From the human T2T-CHM13v2.0 reference genome, Homo sapiens: 64,000 bases of DNA. The DNA lies in assembly GCF_009914755.1 (NCBI RefSeq), contig NC_060930.1. One strand, given 5' to 3'. Position numbers and translations under genes: made by a program. Under the pieces are notes generated by a model that was not told where the DNA came from, made no database searches, and saw nothing but the letters and a program-made list of their open reading frames with translations. Below, in pieces: positions 40,216 through 54,605 of the stretch (the first letter of the stretch is position 1; each line of letters begins with the position of its first letter).

Positions 40216-42489
40216 CAGCTCCCTGCCACACCTGTGGTTTGCTTTCTCCAAATAGGAAACTGTTGGAGAAATGTTCCTCTTAGTATGAAATCAGCTTTCC
40301 ATTTTATTGCCTTTCTTAAAAATCTGTAATTTTTACTTTGACAGAATGGAATATAAATGGCTCAGAAGAAGCTTAACCATCAATAAATGTGGAGTTGAAA
40401 AATGCAATGGACATATTCTCTAGAAAAACTGCAAATATTATTGATATTTTCTTGCTTGCCTGCTTTCTGTATTATATTCTCATGTACATCTTGAATTAAT
40501 GTTCCAAGTAATAAAGAAGAAAGGTAAAGATGGCAACGTAATTATGACCAAGTTCTGTTCAGAGCCCTCGAAGATCAATTTACTTTTTTTGCTCTTAAGT
40601 ACAGTACTTTAATATGAGCTTTAGTGAGCATATTTATATTCATTTTGAGGCGGTCATACAATGAAATTAAAAATCATTCTCCATTCAGTGACTTTTAATT
40701 TAGATTTTGCATACCGATTACAACTCTGCCTCTGCCCCCGCCCCCCAAAAAACCCTACATTTCATCTTAAGTTCATTTCTTGAAAGTATCTTTGTCACAA
40801 ACTAAAAAACTAATGATACAATACTGAAATTTAAAAAACAAGATGTAATTGGGCCATAATGACAGGATTATTGCCTGGTAATTTTCCCACTATTTTAAGC
40901 TTTGTGTTTGACCTGCATGCTAGTTGGATATTTATTTGTGTACATCGGGTTTTGAGGAGTTCATAGTTTTTCTAACAGAAATCACTGAATGTTACATATG
41001 TTTGTATGAGTCTTTATTTATTATAAATATGATAAACAATCACCTAACCAAATGTCTTAGATGTTGTTCTTTCTGGAAGCATATTTTGTCCTTCCAAAGT
41101 TTCTTACAAGCTGTGAGTGTAGGATAATGATATTCAAAGAGAATCAGTACCTTTTCTATTTTTTTGATGACCAACTAAAATTTCTAGAAGAATTTCTGTT
41201 AGGACCATAGACAACCATGGAGTGAGGAGAAGGAGTGTGATGTCGGGCCTGTAAAAACCTGCTTAAAAAACAACCCACACATTCACCTTTCTTCGTGTAC
41301 CTGCTGAGCTAGCCACTGGCGGTGTGGAACATGAGGCCTTCCTGCTCTCACCGTAAGCCTGGTTGCGCTGCCTACACAAAGACTAATGCACCAGGCTACC
41401 TCCAAAAGCATTAGAGAGCAATGTGGTTTTTATGAAAGTCTTTTTTCGGGGGGAATGCCGAAGAGAGAACCACATAATACATCCTTCACTGATTCATTTA
41501 AACAAAACAAAACAAAAAAAGTTGAGTGCTTACTATGTGCCAGCGCAGCAAAGCTTCCTAAAAAATCCTTTAAAAACAGACACTATGCGGCCACACAGTC
41601 ATTTTCAATTTACCAAATCCCTCAAAGACTTCCCCAGAGCCTCGCCCGGTGAACCTGAATCAATGTGTACAGCCACGGAAGGCCTGAGGGGTGAAGGAGG
41701 TTTTCACTACCGTCGGGAAACAAGCAGGTCTAGAAAAGGATGGGAACCTTGCCACACATGGACACCATCCTGCAAACTTTATGTTCCTTCTAACCATATA
41801 TCCTTACCTTCTACTCCTCTCTTTAATAACCTGACTCTGAGGTCAGGGTACAGTTTGGAACAGTAAAATCCAGCACTGATGGCAGACTTATTGAGGTTGC
41901 TAAATGGCAAAAAGAGTGCTGTTTAGGCTTAATGCTCTCTCTTAGCTAATGAAACAGTGAAGAACTGCAATCCAATCTCAGATTTTCCACCATCAACATA
42001 ACCCTCCTGCAGAAGAGTAGGAATGTCAGCTTCATCAGTGCTGCTAACATGCTTTGCATCCTGGGAAGATCCCAAGGAGAGTCTCCCTCTCTGGGCTACC
42101 TCCAAATACTGTCCATCAGGTCTCTCCTGAAATTTCTAAGAGTATTTTTTTTCCAAATCTTTGCTAGGAGCTGCAATGTATATGATTTTTGCTAAATCTT
42201 TGCTAAGGACCACATGATGATATGTATATCTTGCTTATAAACCCAACCAAAGCGCATTAGAGACCATTTGTCCTGAAGCTACCTACCAACTAGATTTGCG
42301 AGTCCACCCAAATGTGTATGACATATGGTCAGGGAGGATGATACATCACCTGTTGCATTTCCCATCATGAGGACTGCCTAATAGGTCTAGTCTTGTTCTA
42401 ATCTAATAGTCCTGTGAGATCCAACAGCAATGAGCTGAAAGCTAGGGTTTGTTTGTTTGTTTGTTGTTTGTTTTAATGTAGGTATTGTT

Positions 42490-42615
42490 ACTAAATGTAA
42501 ATTCCATGAAGGCAGGGACTTTTGTCTTTTTTTTCACTGCTTTATCAACAGCTCAGCAATTGTTCTTAGCACTTCTTGAGATTAATAAATATTTGCTGAA
42601 TGGGTGGATGGAGGG
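42490..42615 (+). mobile_element. L2a 3' end
   Basis: aatgtaaattccatgaaggcagggacttttgtc...ttcactgct...aataaatatttgctgaatgggtggatgg. Confidence 0.8.
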
Positions 42616-42619
42616 AGAG

Positions 42620-43270
42620 TGTATTGGTTTTCTATTGTCACAAATTTAGCCGCTTAGGACAACACCCACATATTATCTCATAGTTCTGCAGATCAGAAAT
42701 CCAGCAGACTCAGCTATGTAATATGATTAGAATCTAATAAGGGGATCAAAGTGTCAGTTGCCCTGTGTTCCCTGTAGAGCTTCTGAGGAAGAATCCACTT
42801 CTAGGCTCATCCCAGGTGTTGATAGAAATCAGTTCTAATGGTTGCAGGACTGAGGTCTCCATTTCCTGGCTGGTTGGCAGCAGTGGGGAGCTCTCAACTG
42901 CTAGAGGCGGCCCACATTCCCTGGCCCATGACCATCTCATCTTCAAAGCCAGCAATGGAGGGCTTCCTATCACTCGGCCTCCCCTTCTGCCGCATCTCAT
43001 CTGCCTTCCTTTTCTGCTTTCAAGGGCTCGTGTGATTCCCACCCAGATAAAGAAGAGTATTGCTCAAGTAGAGTGTTAACTAATCTAACTTTGTTCCACT
43101 TTTTTTTTGTTACAAGGCATGGAACTATGTGGAATAATCCCTTGTTTTAAGGTCAGCAGATTAGTAACCTTAATTCTGTTTGCAAAGTCCTTTCACAACA
43201 ATACCTTGATTCATGTTTGACTGAATAACAAGGGGACGGAAATATTGGAGGAACATCTGTAGAATTGAGG
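42620..43270 (-). mobile_element. MaLR LTR (MLT1D/E-like) carrying an ~83-bp foreign insert
   Basis: tgtattggttttctattg...gttgcaggactgaggtc...tcttcaaagccagcaatgg...ttttaaggtcagcagattagtaaccttaatt. Confidence 0.8.
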
Positions 43271-43394
43271 TTTTGGAATGAAGTCATCAAAAAATTGATG
43301 CCTGGATGACCATGACTGGGAGCTTGAAGTACATGTTCAAGAGGATACAAAATTAACTGCCAACGTTTAGTGAAGGTAGCGCAGCTCGACACTG

Positions 43395-43520
43395 TATTAT
43401 TTTTGGAATTGTTATTCTTACTTTACAGATGAAAAAGCTGAGCATTGGATCAAATGACTTGCCCAAGGTCACAGGGCAGGAATGAACCAAAGCCAGCACC
43501 CAAGAAATAAGCAGGTCCTC
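43395..43520. mobile_element. MIR core fragment
   Basis: ctttacagatgaaaaagctgag...aaatgacttgcccaaggtcacag. Confidence 0.75.
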
Positions 43521-43966
43521 CTTCCAAACCTGAGTGGCAGGTACTCTGGAAGTGTAAATTGGATTGCCAGAAATAGCATTTCTAAGGTAATTCTGATCAA
43601 AAGATTTCTTTTATTTAAGGTACTGAAGTAAATGGAAGTTTCATTGATCCGATTTAACAACTATTATATGCTGGTAGATCAAAGTAGCTGTTGCTGATCT
43701 TCACAAATTCTTATGCATTATGAAGCAAAAATGTTTTCATATCATCAATTTCTATTGTGGAGTAGTGTTCAATAATATCTTGAGAAAAACTCTAAACACA
43801 GAAAACTATCAGCAAGTTCACCTAATTAAAAACATCAAACAGAATCTTCTAACTTTGTTCCACTTTTTGTGTTAGAAGGCATGTAACCACATGGTGTGCA
43901 TTCTATTTTTTTTTAATCCCAGCCAAATTCCTTCTCAGAGTTATGGATAAAATCTGTGTATGTAGC

Positions 43967-44130
43967 TGTCTTCGTCCATTTTTGTGTTGCTATAACAGAA
44001 TAGCTCAGACTGGGTAATTTATTTTTAAAAAGAAGTTTATTTGGCTCATGATTCTGGAGGCAGGGAAGTCCAAGATTGCACAGACCATTTGATGAGGGTC
44101 TTGTGCTGCTTCAACTTCAAGTTGAAAAGG
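43967..44130 (-). mobile_element. MaLR LTR fragment (MST/MLT1A-like)
   Basis: tgtcttcgtccatttttgtgttgctataacagaata...gactgggtaattta...ggctcatgattctggagg. Confidence 0.7.
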
Positions 44131-45589
44131 ATGTAGGCAGGTGCAAAGAGACCAGAGTCTCTGTGGGTCTCATGGGGAAAAATAGTAACTCGCATGTGAT
44201 TCATTTGTACAAATTTTAGTAAGATATAGAGCAAGCTTACACCTTACTCTTTTAGGCAATTTAATTTACACAATGTTTTCATTTCTAAATGTAATCCTTT
44301 GGTAAAAGACCATTTGTTTTAGGTGCAATTGTTCACAATCTCTTTTGCTAACAAATCACATAGTTCTCCCAACAATTCTCCCAAATATAATAGGTAAACA
44401 CATTAAAAATTGCTCTTGCCATGTATACTTCAATTACCTTGCCAAATTGATATTTCAAGTTAAACACGGTTGTATATTATACAGAGAAGAGTGTTCTCCT
44501 AGTCTTAACAATAACTCATTGAACAAGTACTCTTATACTATTTATGAAGTAATTCAAAATAAGGCACTAATCTACATTTACTAGTACATTATGGAGAAGT
44601 ACTTCTATGACCCTATTCCTGAAAATCAGCCTACATTTTCTTAGAAATTTCTACCTACTTTTACTAGAAATTTATTGCACTAGTAAGTTTTTCTTGATTT
44701 CCCATATTAAAAAAAAATAATTCATTGCAAATAAAACCTTTCCTGAGTAATAATCACTTGGCATGTAAATGATTTTAGTATTAATATAATTCTCTCTAAA
44801 TAAATAACTTCCAGGCCCAATGCATAATGTACCAAGCACACCTATTAAAATGATAGTTTTGTAATGTGAGAATTTCCATTATAAAAACCTGCGAGACACA
44901 ATCTAGCACATTTAAAGAATGATCACTTTTAGATTGTAACTGGAAGATAAATTCTAATTACTATTTAATTTCTTGGTTGAACATCTTTGGCATGTACAAC
45001 ATAAAATTGACTCTGAAATTATGCAGTTAATATTATCAGCACTTAGCTATTCCATTTGAAGCTGCAAAGGTTTAATTTGCTTGGCTCAAAGAAATATTCA
45101 ACCAGAAAAAAAACTGCTTAAAGTTTGGGAAATTTAAAAAGTGGCTATCGATATAGTTAACTAATCTATAATAAGCTATGTTCAGTGAAATGGCTCAACA
45201 TTGGGTCATTGAAAAAAATGGTACATTCTTTAGAAAGTATGCTATTTGAGGTGTTCTAGACCAGGAAGATAAACATGTTTTTAGAATTCTATTATCAAAG
45301 CTATGGGTTAATATCCAGCATTGTGACGTGATCCTGTGACTTTAGTCAAATCAGTCATGGAAAGTTAGAAATCTCCTCCCTTAAACATTGATGCATTCTT
45401 AGAATTGCTTCTTGCCTAAACTATGTTTTTCAAAAATGTAAATCTCAGAGAGTTGTTCTTCCAGTCACATTGCTGGAGTAGAGATTTATAATTTTTAAAA
45501 TTTTTAATGAGATTATTGACTTGTTAATTTGTAGATTATTGACTTATTAATTTGTTTCAAGTTCTTTTGTGTTAACTGTCTTAAAAATG

Positions 45590-45770
45590 GCTAACAGTTA
45601 TTTAGTGCTTTTTATAGGCTAGATTCTGGATTAAGCTGTTTTCATGAATCATCTCATTTAATCCTCACAAACCCAGGAGGAAGAAAGTATCCTTCCTCTA
45701 ATTTAACAGATGAGAAAATGAATGCAGAGAGATAAAGTAATTTTCAAACTGTCAATCAGTTAGTAAAAGG
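45590..45770. mobile_element. MIR fragment
   Basis: atctcatttaatcctcacaa...aacagatgagaaaatgaatgcagagagataaagtaatt. Confidence 0.7.
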
Positions 45771-47646
45771 GCACTTATAGGATTATTCAAATGGAAAGAG
45801 AGATAAAAAGTGATAACTTGTACAGTTTTCTCCATCCATAAATACTGAGTGCTTCAACTGCACCTAATGGGGTATTTAATTACACTGTTATAGACAAATC
45901 ATTCAGCTATATTGATTTAATCTTCCAGTGTTTAAACTAGCAGTAATAAACTAATAACATTCCTAAACTTCCAGTTTCTTCCAAAGTTATTTTTATTCAT
46001 GTTACTAAATTAAAAAAAGTAGTGTTCAATACTAATTATTTACTGTGATCTGTTTTTTAAAACATCTGAGTGGCATTATTCTTGGATGAAAAGTAAATCC
46101 AAATTCAGCCTTTATGTAATAGTATGACATTTTTTACTTTTGGAGTTTATAACAGAGTTTAATAAATGTATAACATGAGCAATAATCAAGATTTTTATTG
46201 CATATGTTTATTAAAGCTCACTTATAGCTAGTTAATAGAGTATGCGTAGATTTTGCTGAGTTAATAAATCCAATGCAAAGTACCACTTGTACATGATGAT
46301 GTAGATAGCTTCACTATAGGTATCCTGAAGCATGGAGTTCTTCATGCACAATAGTTTGTCCTTTGTGTGAAAAGATAATTTGCTGACCATTTGTGCACGG
46401 AAGTCCTCGTCATCAGCAGGACTTAACTTGAGATGATTCAAGCCAATTGCAAGAAATGCTCTTTAGAAAGAAGAATTTACAAGACTTGCTCATTAAACTA
46501 TGTAAATTAATTGTAACTTGAAAAGAGGAAAAAAGGCTCTAGTTTCACTTTTTTAAGTTTGGGGAAGATGAGTTGCAAATAATGATCAAGAAGAAAGTCA
46601 TTCTGTCTAAATTAGGGCATGGTGGATCTTCAGCTTGAATGTTTATCTTGAGAGAATGAGAAAGAGAAACAGAGAGAGGGAGAGAAATAGATAAAGGAAA
46701 AAGAAGGTCAGTGAATATGATGAAAAGCACAAGGGCATTTTAGTAGGTAGAGAGATTAAAACCTAAAACCATGAGGGTTCTTTCATATTTTTTAAAATCT
46801 AATAGAAATATGATGAGAAAGAGAAAGATGTTGAAGATATACAGAAAGAATATCAAGTAGAGCCATTGATCTTAACTATAAATATAAGGCAGAGATGCAT
46901 TGAAAATAAAGGCCACAAACTGCAAATGAATGAAAACACTTAGTATGTCACAAACATGACAAACAAAAAGCTCCTGGAATTTTTCAGACTGAGATGGCCT
47001 TATTTCATTGGTGGTGGATCCCAGTTGAGTGTCAACCCTCAACGAGTGGGCAGAGACCCCTGCCTGAATCTCCTGAGTCACACGGCGCACACTGCATCCC
47101 ATTAGGACTGATACTGTTTTGCAACAGCTTAACTAATACAATTTCAATATTTAACCAAAATCTGCTTTCCTGTAACGTTCCCACTGGGGGCTTCATTTGG
47201 CTGTCTGGACCGGGCCTCTCTGCTTCATGAGTTTCCATAGATTTCTTGGTGAATATTCTTCTCGTGCATCCTGTTCTTTGATGTATTGATTTTCAACAAT
47301 ACATCAAAATCAGGTACAAGGCAGACCTTTTCTTTGTTGGATTCCAAATGTACAAAGACTCAATCTTGATTACATCCTAATGCTGACGTTTCTAGACAAT
47401 ATTTATTTGCTGTTCTTTGTTTCCCTTTGTTTCTCTTGCTCTATAAATTTCTCCAAAATCCTAACATGTTGTTTGAAATTTGGTTGTTTCTTCTTATACA
47501 AGTTTGCATTTCAAGTTATTTTATAGCCTAGATATATAGGAATCCTGCTTTCCTCCGAATGTGTAAAAATTAATAACTGTTAATAGTCCTCTGCTATCTA
47601 AGTTTTAGGTTTGACATAAGGGAGGCGGTTTGAGGCTGAAGCCGTC

Positions 47647-48365
47647 TGATGTGGTTTGTCTTTGTGTCCCTACCCAAATCTCATGTCAAATTGTAATCAC
47701 CCATGTTGGAGGAGGGGCGAGGTGGGAGGTGATTGGATCACTGGGGTAGATTTCCTTCTTTCTGTTCTCATGATGGTGAGTGAGCTCTCACGAGTTCTGG
47801 TTGTTTAAAAATCTGTAGCACCACCCACTTTGCTCTCTTCCTCCTGCTCCAACCGTGTAGAAAGTGTCTGCTTGCCCTTCGCCTTCTACCATTGTAAGTT
47901 TCCTGAGGCCTCCCCAGCCATGCTTCCTGCACAGCCTGCAGAACCGTGAGCCAATTATACCTCTTCTCTTTCCCTTTTTTTTTTTTTTTTTTTTTTTGAC
48001 GGTGTTGCTCTGTTGCCCAGGCTGGAACGCAGTGGTGCAGTCTCCTCACACTGCAGCCTCTGCCTCCCAGGTTCAAGCAATCTCAGGCCTCAGTCCCTGA
48101 GTAGCTGGGACCACAGGCATGTGCCACCACACCCAGCTAATTTTTTTTTTTGTCTTTTTAGTAGACACAGGGTTTTGCCATGTTGGTCTCGAACTCCTGG
48201 CCTCAAGTGATCCACCCACCTCAACCTCTCAAAGTGCTGGGATTATAGGCGTGAGCCACTGTGCCTGGCTGAACCTCTTTTCCTTACAAATTACGCAGTC
48301 TTGGGTAGTTCTTCATATTAAGTTGTTGCGCCAACCTATAGCAATGTGAGAACAGACTAATAACA
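47647..48365 (+). mobile_element. MSTA-like MaLR solo LTR, interrupted by an Alu
   Basis: tgatgtggtttg...cccaaatctcatgtcaaattgtaatc...gcaatgtgagaacagactaataaca; 5-bp TSD ccgtc/ctgtc (one C-to-T difference). Confidence 0.9.
47975..48270 (-). mobile_element. Alu (J or old S type), antisense, nested in the MST LTR
   Basis: Poly-T plus reverse dimeric Alu; acctctt is duplicated on both flanks. Confidence 0.93.
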
Positions 48366-49539
48366 CTGTCCATACAAATACAGGAAATGTAGATCTCTTG
48401 TACATTTGGAATCCAACAAAGAAAAGGTCTGCCTTGTACCTGATCTTTATGTATTCATCGAAATCAATACATCAAAGAACAGGATGCACAAGAATAATAT
48501 TCACCAAGAAACCTACAAAAGCCCATAAAGTCGCTTGTTTCTTCAGGATAAAACTTTAGATCACTGTTTTGGCATGAAAGCAAAGTATCACCTTGGCAGA
48601 AGACTGTGTCAACCCTCCAGTAGGCATGCTGACATCTTGATTGTTTTCTGCTCTTTTGCTTCTCATCATTTTATTGGACAGGGTATAGCCCAGCTAGCTG
48701 GATTCAGTGTCATATTTCATATTGGCAAAGAAAACTTGTGATTGAAAGTAAGGTTTCTCTACCAGACAACTTTTACAAAGAATCCAATGGTGTACTCTTT
48801 CAATAATTTATTTCCCTTGCTCCCCAAAAGTCAATCATTTACCAATCTTATTACTTGTTCATTTGCAACTGTGTACCCACCCCACTGTTGCCAGCTGCCC
48901 CTACTGTGCTGTAACAGTGAGTTCAGAGCATCACTATCACACGTTGTCTATGATAGCAAATTCTTCTTTGTTCTCCATGCAGCAAAAATTACATCTGTTG
49001 TCTCATCTCGATTTGAAAAACCTCTCAGCAATTCTAGGAACAGGTAGCCACCAGTCCAAAAGAATGCTGGACAAAATTGTAGTAGTAGTTTGTGGTTTTC
49101 CTTTCTTCCTTTTGAAATATTTCTATCTTTATAATCTCTTAACATTATCTGAGTCCTATCTAAGGCATTTTAGTAAGTAGAGCATTTTAGTAGGAAAGAG
49201 AAAAATCAACTTCCTAAGCACCTCCTCCCCTCAATGCTTTGAAGTCTCAGCACATATGCTCATGGGACAAATGACACTTTTGTAAAAGAAGAAACAGAAA
49301 ACCTGCCAATTGACTGAATATTGGGAATAAACAAGCAGGGATTTCCACTTTTTAAAGAATTCTTCACTTTGTTAAGAATTTACATGATGACTCTTTCTGT
49401 GGTACTATAGAGCCTCCTCCACAGTGAAATTGAGAAGGAGATTGGGACTTGATATGCAAACTCAAGTATATAACTGGTTCATTAGAGAGAAATGAATGAT
49501 AAATATCAGTTTCATGGAGATGGCAGGAAAATCACAAGA

Positions 49540-49611
49540 TAGAGCTTGACCACTGAGATTTCTAGAGCTTGACCACTGAGATTTCTAGAGCTTGGCCACT
49601 GAGATTTCTAG
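49540..49611. repeat. 23-bp tandem repeat, 3 copies
   Basis: TAGAGCTTGACCACTGAGATTTC x3 (third copy has one A-to-G change). Confidence 0.95.
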
Positions 49612-51664
49612 TGTGGAGATACTATATGCTGGTAGCAATTGTACAAAGATACATTTATGGATAGAAATCCAGGGGAAAGAAGAGGTAGTTCATCTTCACA
49701 GATTCCAACTGAGAAAGGGCAGAGGAAAACATGGCAATGTCTCCTGAAGGCTGCTAGGCCACTGTTTCACTTTGTGCAGATTCATGACGCCAGTCTGGGA
49801 AGAGTTCGCTTCCTGGTACCTGGTACAGATGGGGTTATCCCACCTCTTCTGACACACATGCCATAGAAAAAACCATTCATTCATCTATTTCATTATTTTT
49901 ACTGAATATTTTATATGTGCCAACCACTGTGCTAAGCAGCAAATATAGAATAGTGCGTGTAAATTAATAAAAGCACAAATATATATAATTACACTCACTG
50001 GAGTTCAAAGTGCCAGTGACAATAATGATGGTGATAGCAGCCAACAGTCACTCTGCATCCCCTCCACATGAGACACTGTGCTAAGTGCCTTTATCTGCAG
50101 TATCTGAACAAACTTCAGGCCAGGCAGGAGAGCACAGCTCAATTTGCTTCGTTCTTGTCTGAGACTCCCAGTGGTCACATTGCTGTCTTCACCACAGAGC
50201 CCCTTGTAGAGCCAAAATACCATGGTGAGGGAGGGTGGATACAAAACATTCACATTGCACACCTTCACCTTCCTCTAGCAGCCCCTGGGCTGTCACCGTG
50301 GCAGCACTTTGATGCTCAGCCCCTCAGACCTGTTGTGTTGGCAGGAAACCAGCTAACTGAAGCAGAGTAAATGAAGCAAACACCGCCTCTTGAAAGGGCC
50401 ATGGTATGGCTGATGAGGAGACCCAGGATCAGTTACTGCTGTCTTCATAGCTTGCATGACCACAGGCCAGTCATTCAGTCCGTCTGTGTGTTTCTTCATC
50501 TAGCAAGTAGGAAGGAGAAACACTCACATGTCTTCAAATCCACATGTGTCAAATCCAAATATGCTCTTCCCTCTTCCTGCTGGACATTCTGTGATGCAGA
50601 TTCTCCTTCCGCTTCTTACATCTGTTTTTCTTTCCTTCAACCTCAGTGCATGTTGTCATTTATAGTCAAGCAATTCATTCCTATTTCTTCTCACCACCCA
50701 CTTTGTGCAGAGCCTTTTACGCTAGAACCTGCCCAAGAACAGGAAGACCTGGGTTCCATTGCAGATAACCCCAGGGTTCCTTCCCTCCCACACTGTAGTT
50801 AATCCCAATTGCCTGGCACCAACTCATACCTGAGCTGTGGAATCAATAATTTCTGGATTTTATGATCCCCTTGTAAACGCTGGCAAAATCAATGAGATTT
50901 CCATACCAGAGGGTGGGGAACAATGAAGTAGATGCTATTGATAATTAGTTCTTTTACAGAAATGCAAGGTAAGTACAGGGTGTTTATGCCACTTTTATGC
51001 ATAATGAGGCATTTATACAAACAACATCCACACAGCTAGTTGAACTGCCTGGAGCAAAATAATATTCAACCTTCAAATTTAATAACTGCATAAACTTAGA
51101 ACTGATAGGATGCTTTCTGCTCTGGTTTTGAAGTGCCTAATTAAGTACATTCAAGGAGGTTATTTTGTTTTGTTTTGCTTTTAGCCCCCTCCCTTTGAAA
51201 CCCACTTGTGGTCAGTGTTAGAGAGCTGATGGTTTTCTTAATGTGTCATTGTTATAGAACATGCCTGTGATTCTGTATTCTTCAGTGTAATACCTGTGTT
51301 TCTGTGAAATAATCTGTGAGATTTCATGCTAAGCATTGCTCTTGTCTTTTCTATTTTTATTCTAAGTATATTAACTGATTTCCTTGGAGGGACGTGCTTG
51401 CAAGCTTGGGTGTATCTTGGTTTATCTAATAAACATGCTCCTGGCACATATTGTGTAAATCTAATTTTAACAAATTGAATCATATATTTAAATGCCTGAG
51501 GGGCACTCATTTTAAGAAATTAATCATATTCTGAATTTTCAGGGAATTTTTACACCCAAATTTTATTTTCTGATAATCTAGGTTTTCACTTGATTTGCTT
51601 TATTTAGGTGACACTGTACCAAATTATTAAATTCATTGAGGAATTTTTAAAAGCAAGGCATTGA

Positions 51665-54050
<2,386 letters not shown>

Positions 54051-54074
54051 ACTAAGAATGAAGACTGAATTCTA

Positions 54075-54605
54075 ACATCCATATATATATGCATGTTATT
54101 CAGTCTTGGGAATAAAGGAAATCCTATTTGGAGTGTCATGAATGAACCTGGAGGACATTATACTAAGTAAAATAAGCCAGACACAGAAAGAAAAATATTA
54201 CATGATCTCACTTATATGATGAATCTAAAATAATCAAACTTAAAGAAGCAGAGAATGGAATGGTGGTTCCCAGGGGCTGTGGGGTGGGAGAAATAGGGAG
54301 ATGTTGGCTAAAAGGTACAAAATTTCAGTTATAAGATGAATAAATTCTGGAGAGCTAATGTACAGCATGGTGACCACAGTTAATTATACTCTATTGCATA
54401 CTAGAAATTTCCTGAGAGTAGATATCAAATGTTCTCAGCATCAAAAAAAAAAAAAAGGTAATAATGTGAGGTGATGGATATGCTAATTAGCTTGATTATG
54501 ATAATCATTTCACAATGTATTCATATATCAAAACATCATGTGTACAACTTAAGTATATACAATTTTTATTTGTCAATTATATCTCAACAAAGCTGGAAAT
54601 AAAAG
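54075..54605 (+). mobile_element. L1MA8/9-like 3' end
   Basis: gaacctggaggacattatactaagtaaaataagccag...ggtacaaaatttcagttataagatgaataa...tttgtcaattatatctcaacaaagctgg. Confidence 0.85.

Larger units (their letters stand above)
47223..48530. repeat. Inverted duplication of ~133 bp (47223-47355 and 48398-48530) with ~1 kb spacer
   Basis: The reverse complement of 48398-48444 is identical to 47309-47355 (47 bp); the outer parts align with scattered mismatches. Confidence 0.95.

Noticed and set aside
39559-40329. Cluster of 78-144 aa ORFs in the CpG-rich block
   Set aside because: Stop-codon depletion due to high GC; Pro/Ala/Arg-rich with no recognisable domain.
47975-48270. Antisense Alus (also 61247-61544) as the Alu-derived exon of the long PACRG isoform
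   Set aside because: They translate to PRLERSGAVSSH... and [12 protein letters not shown]..., which differ from the insert I recall ([14 protein letters not shown]...). That exon probably lies beyond this window.
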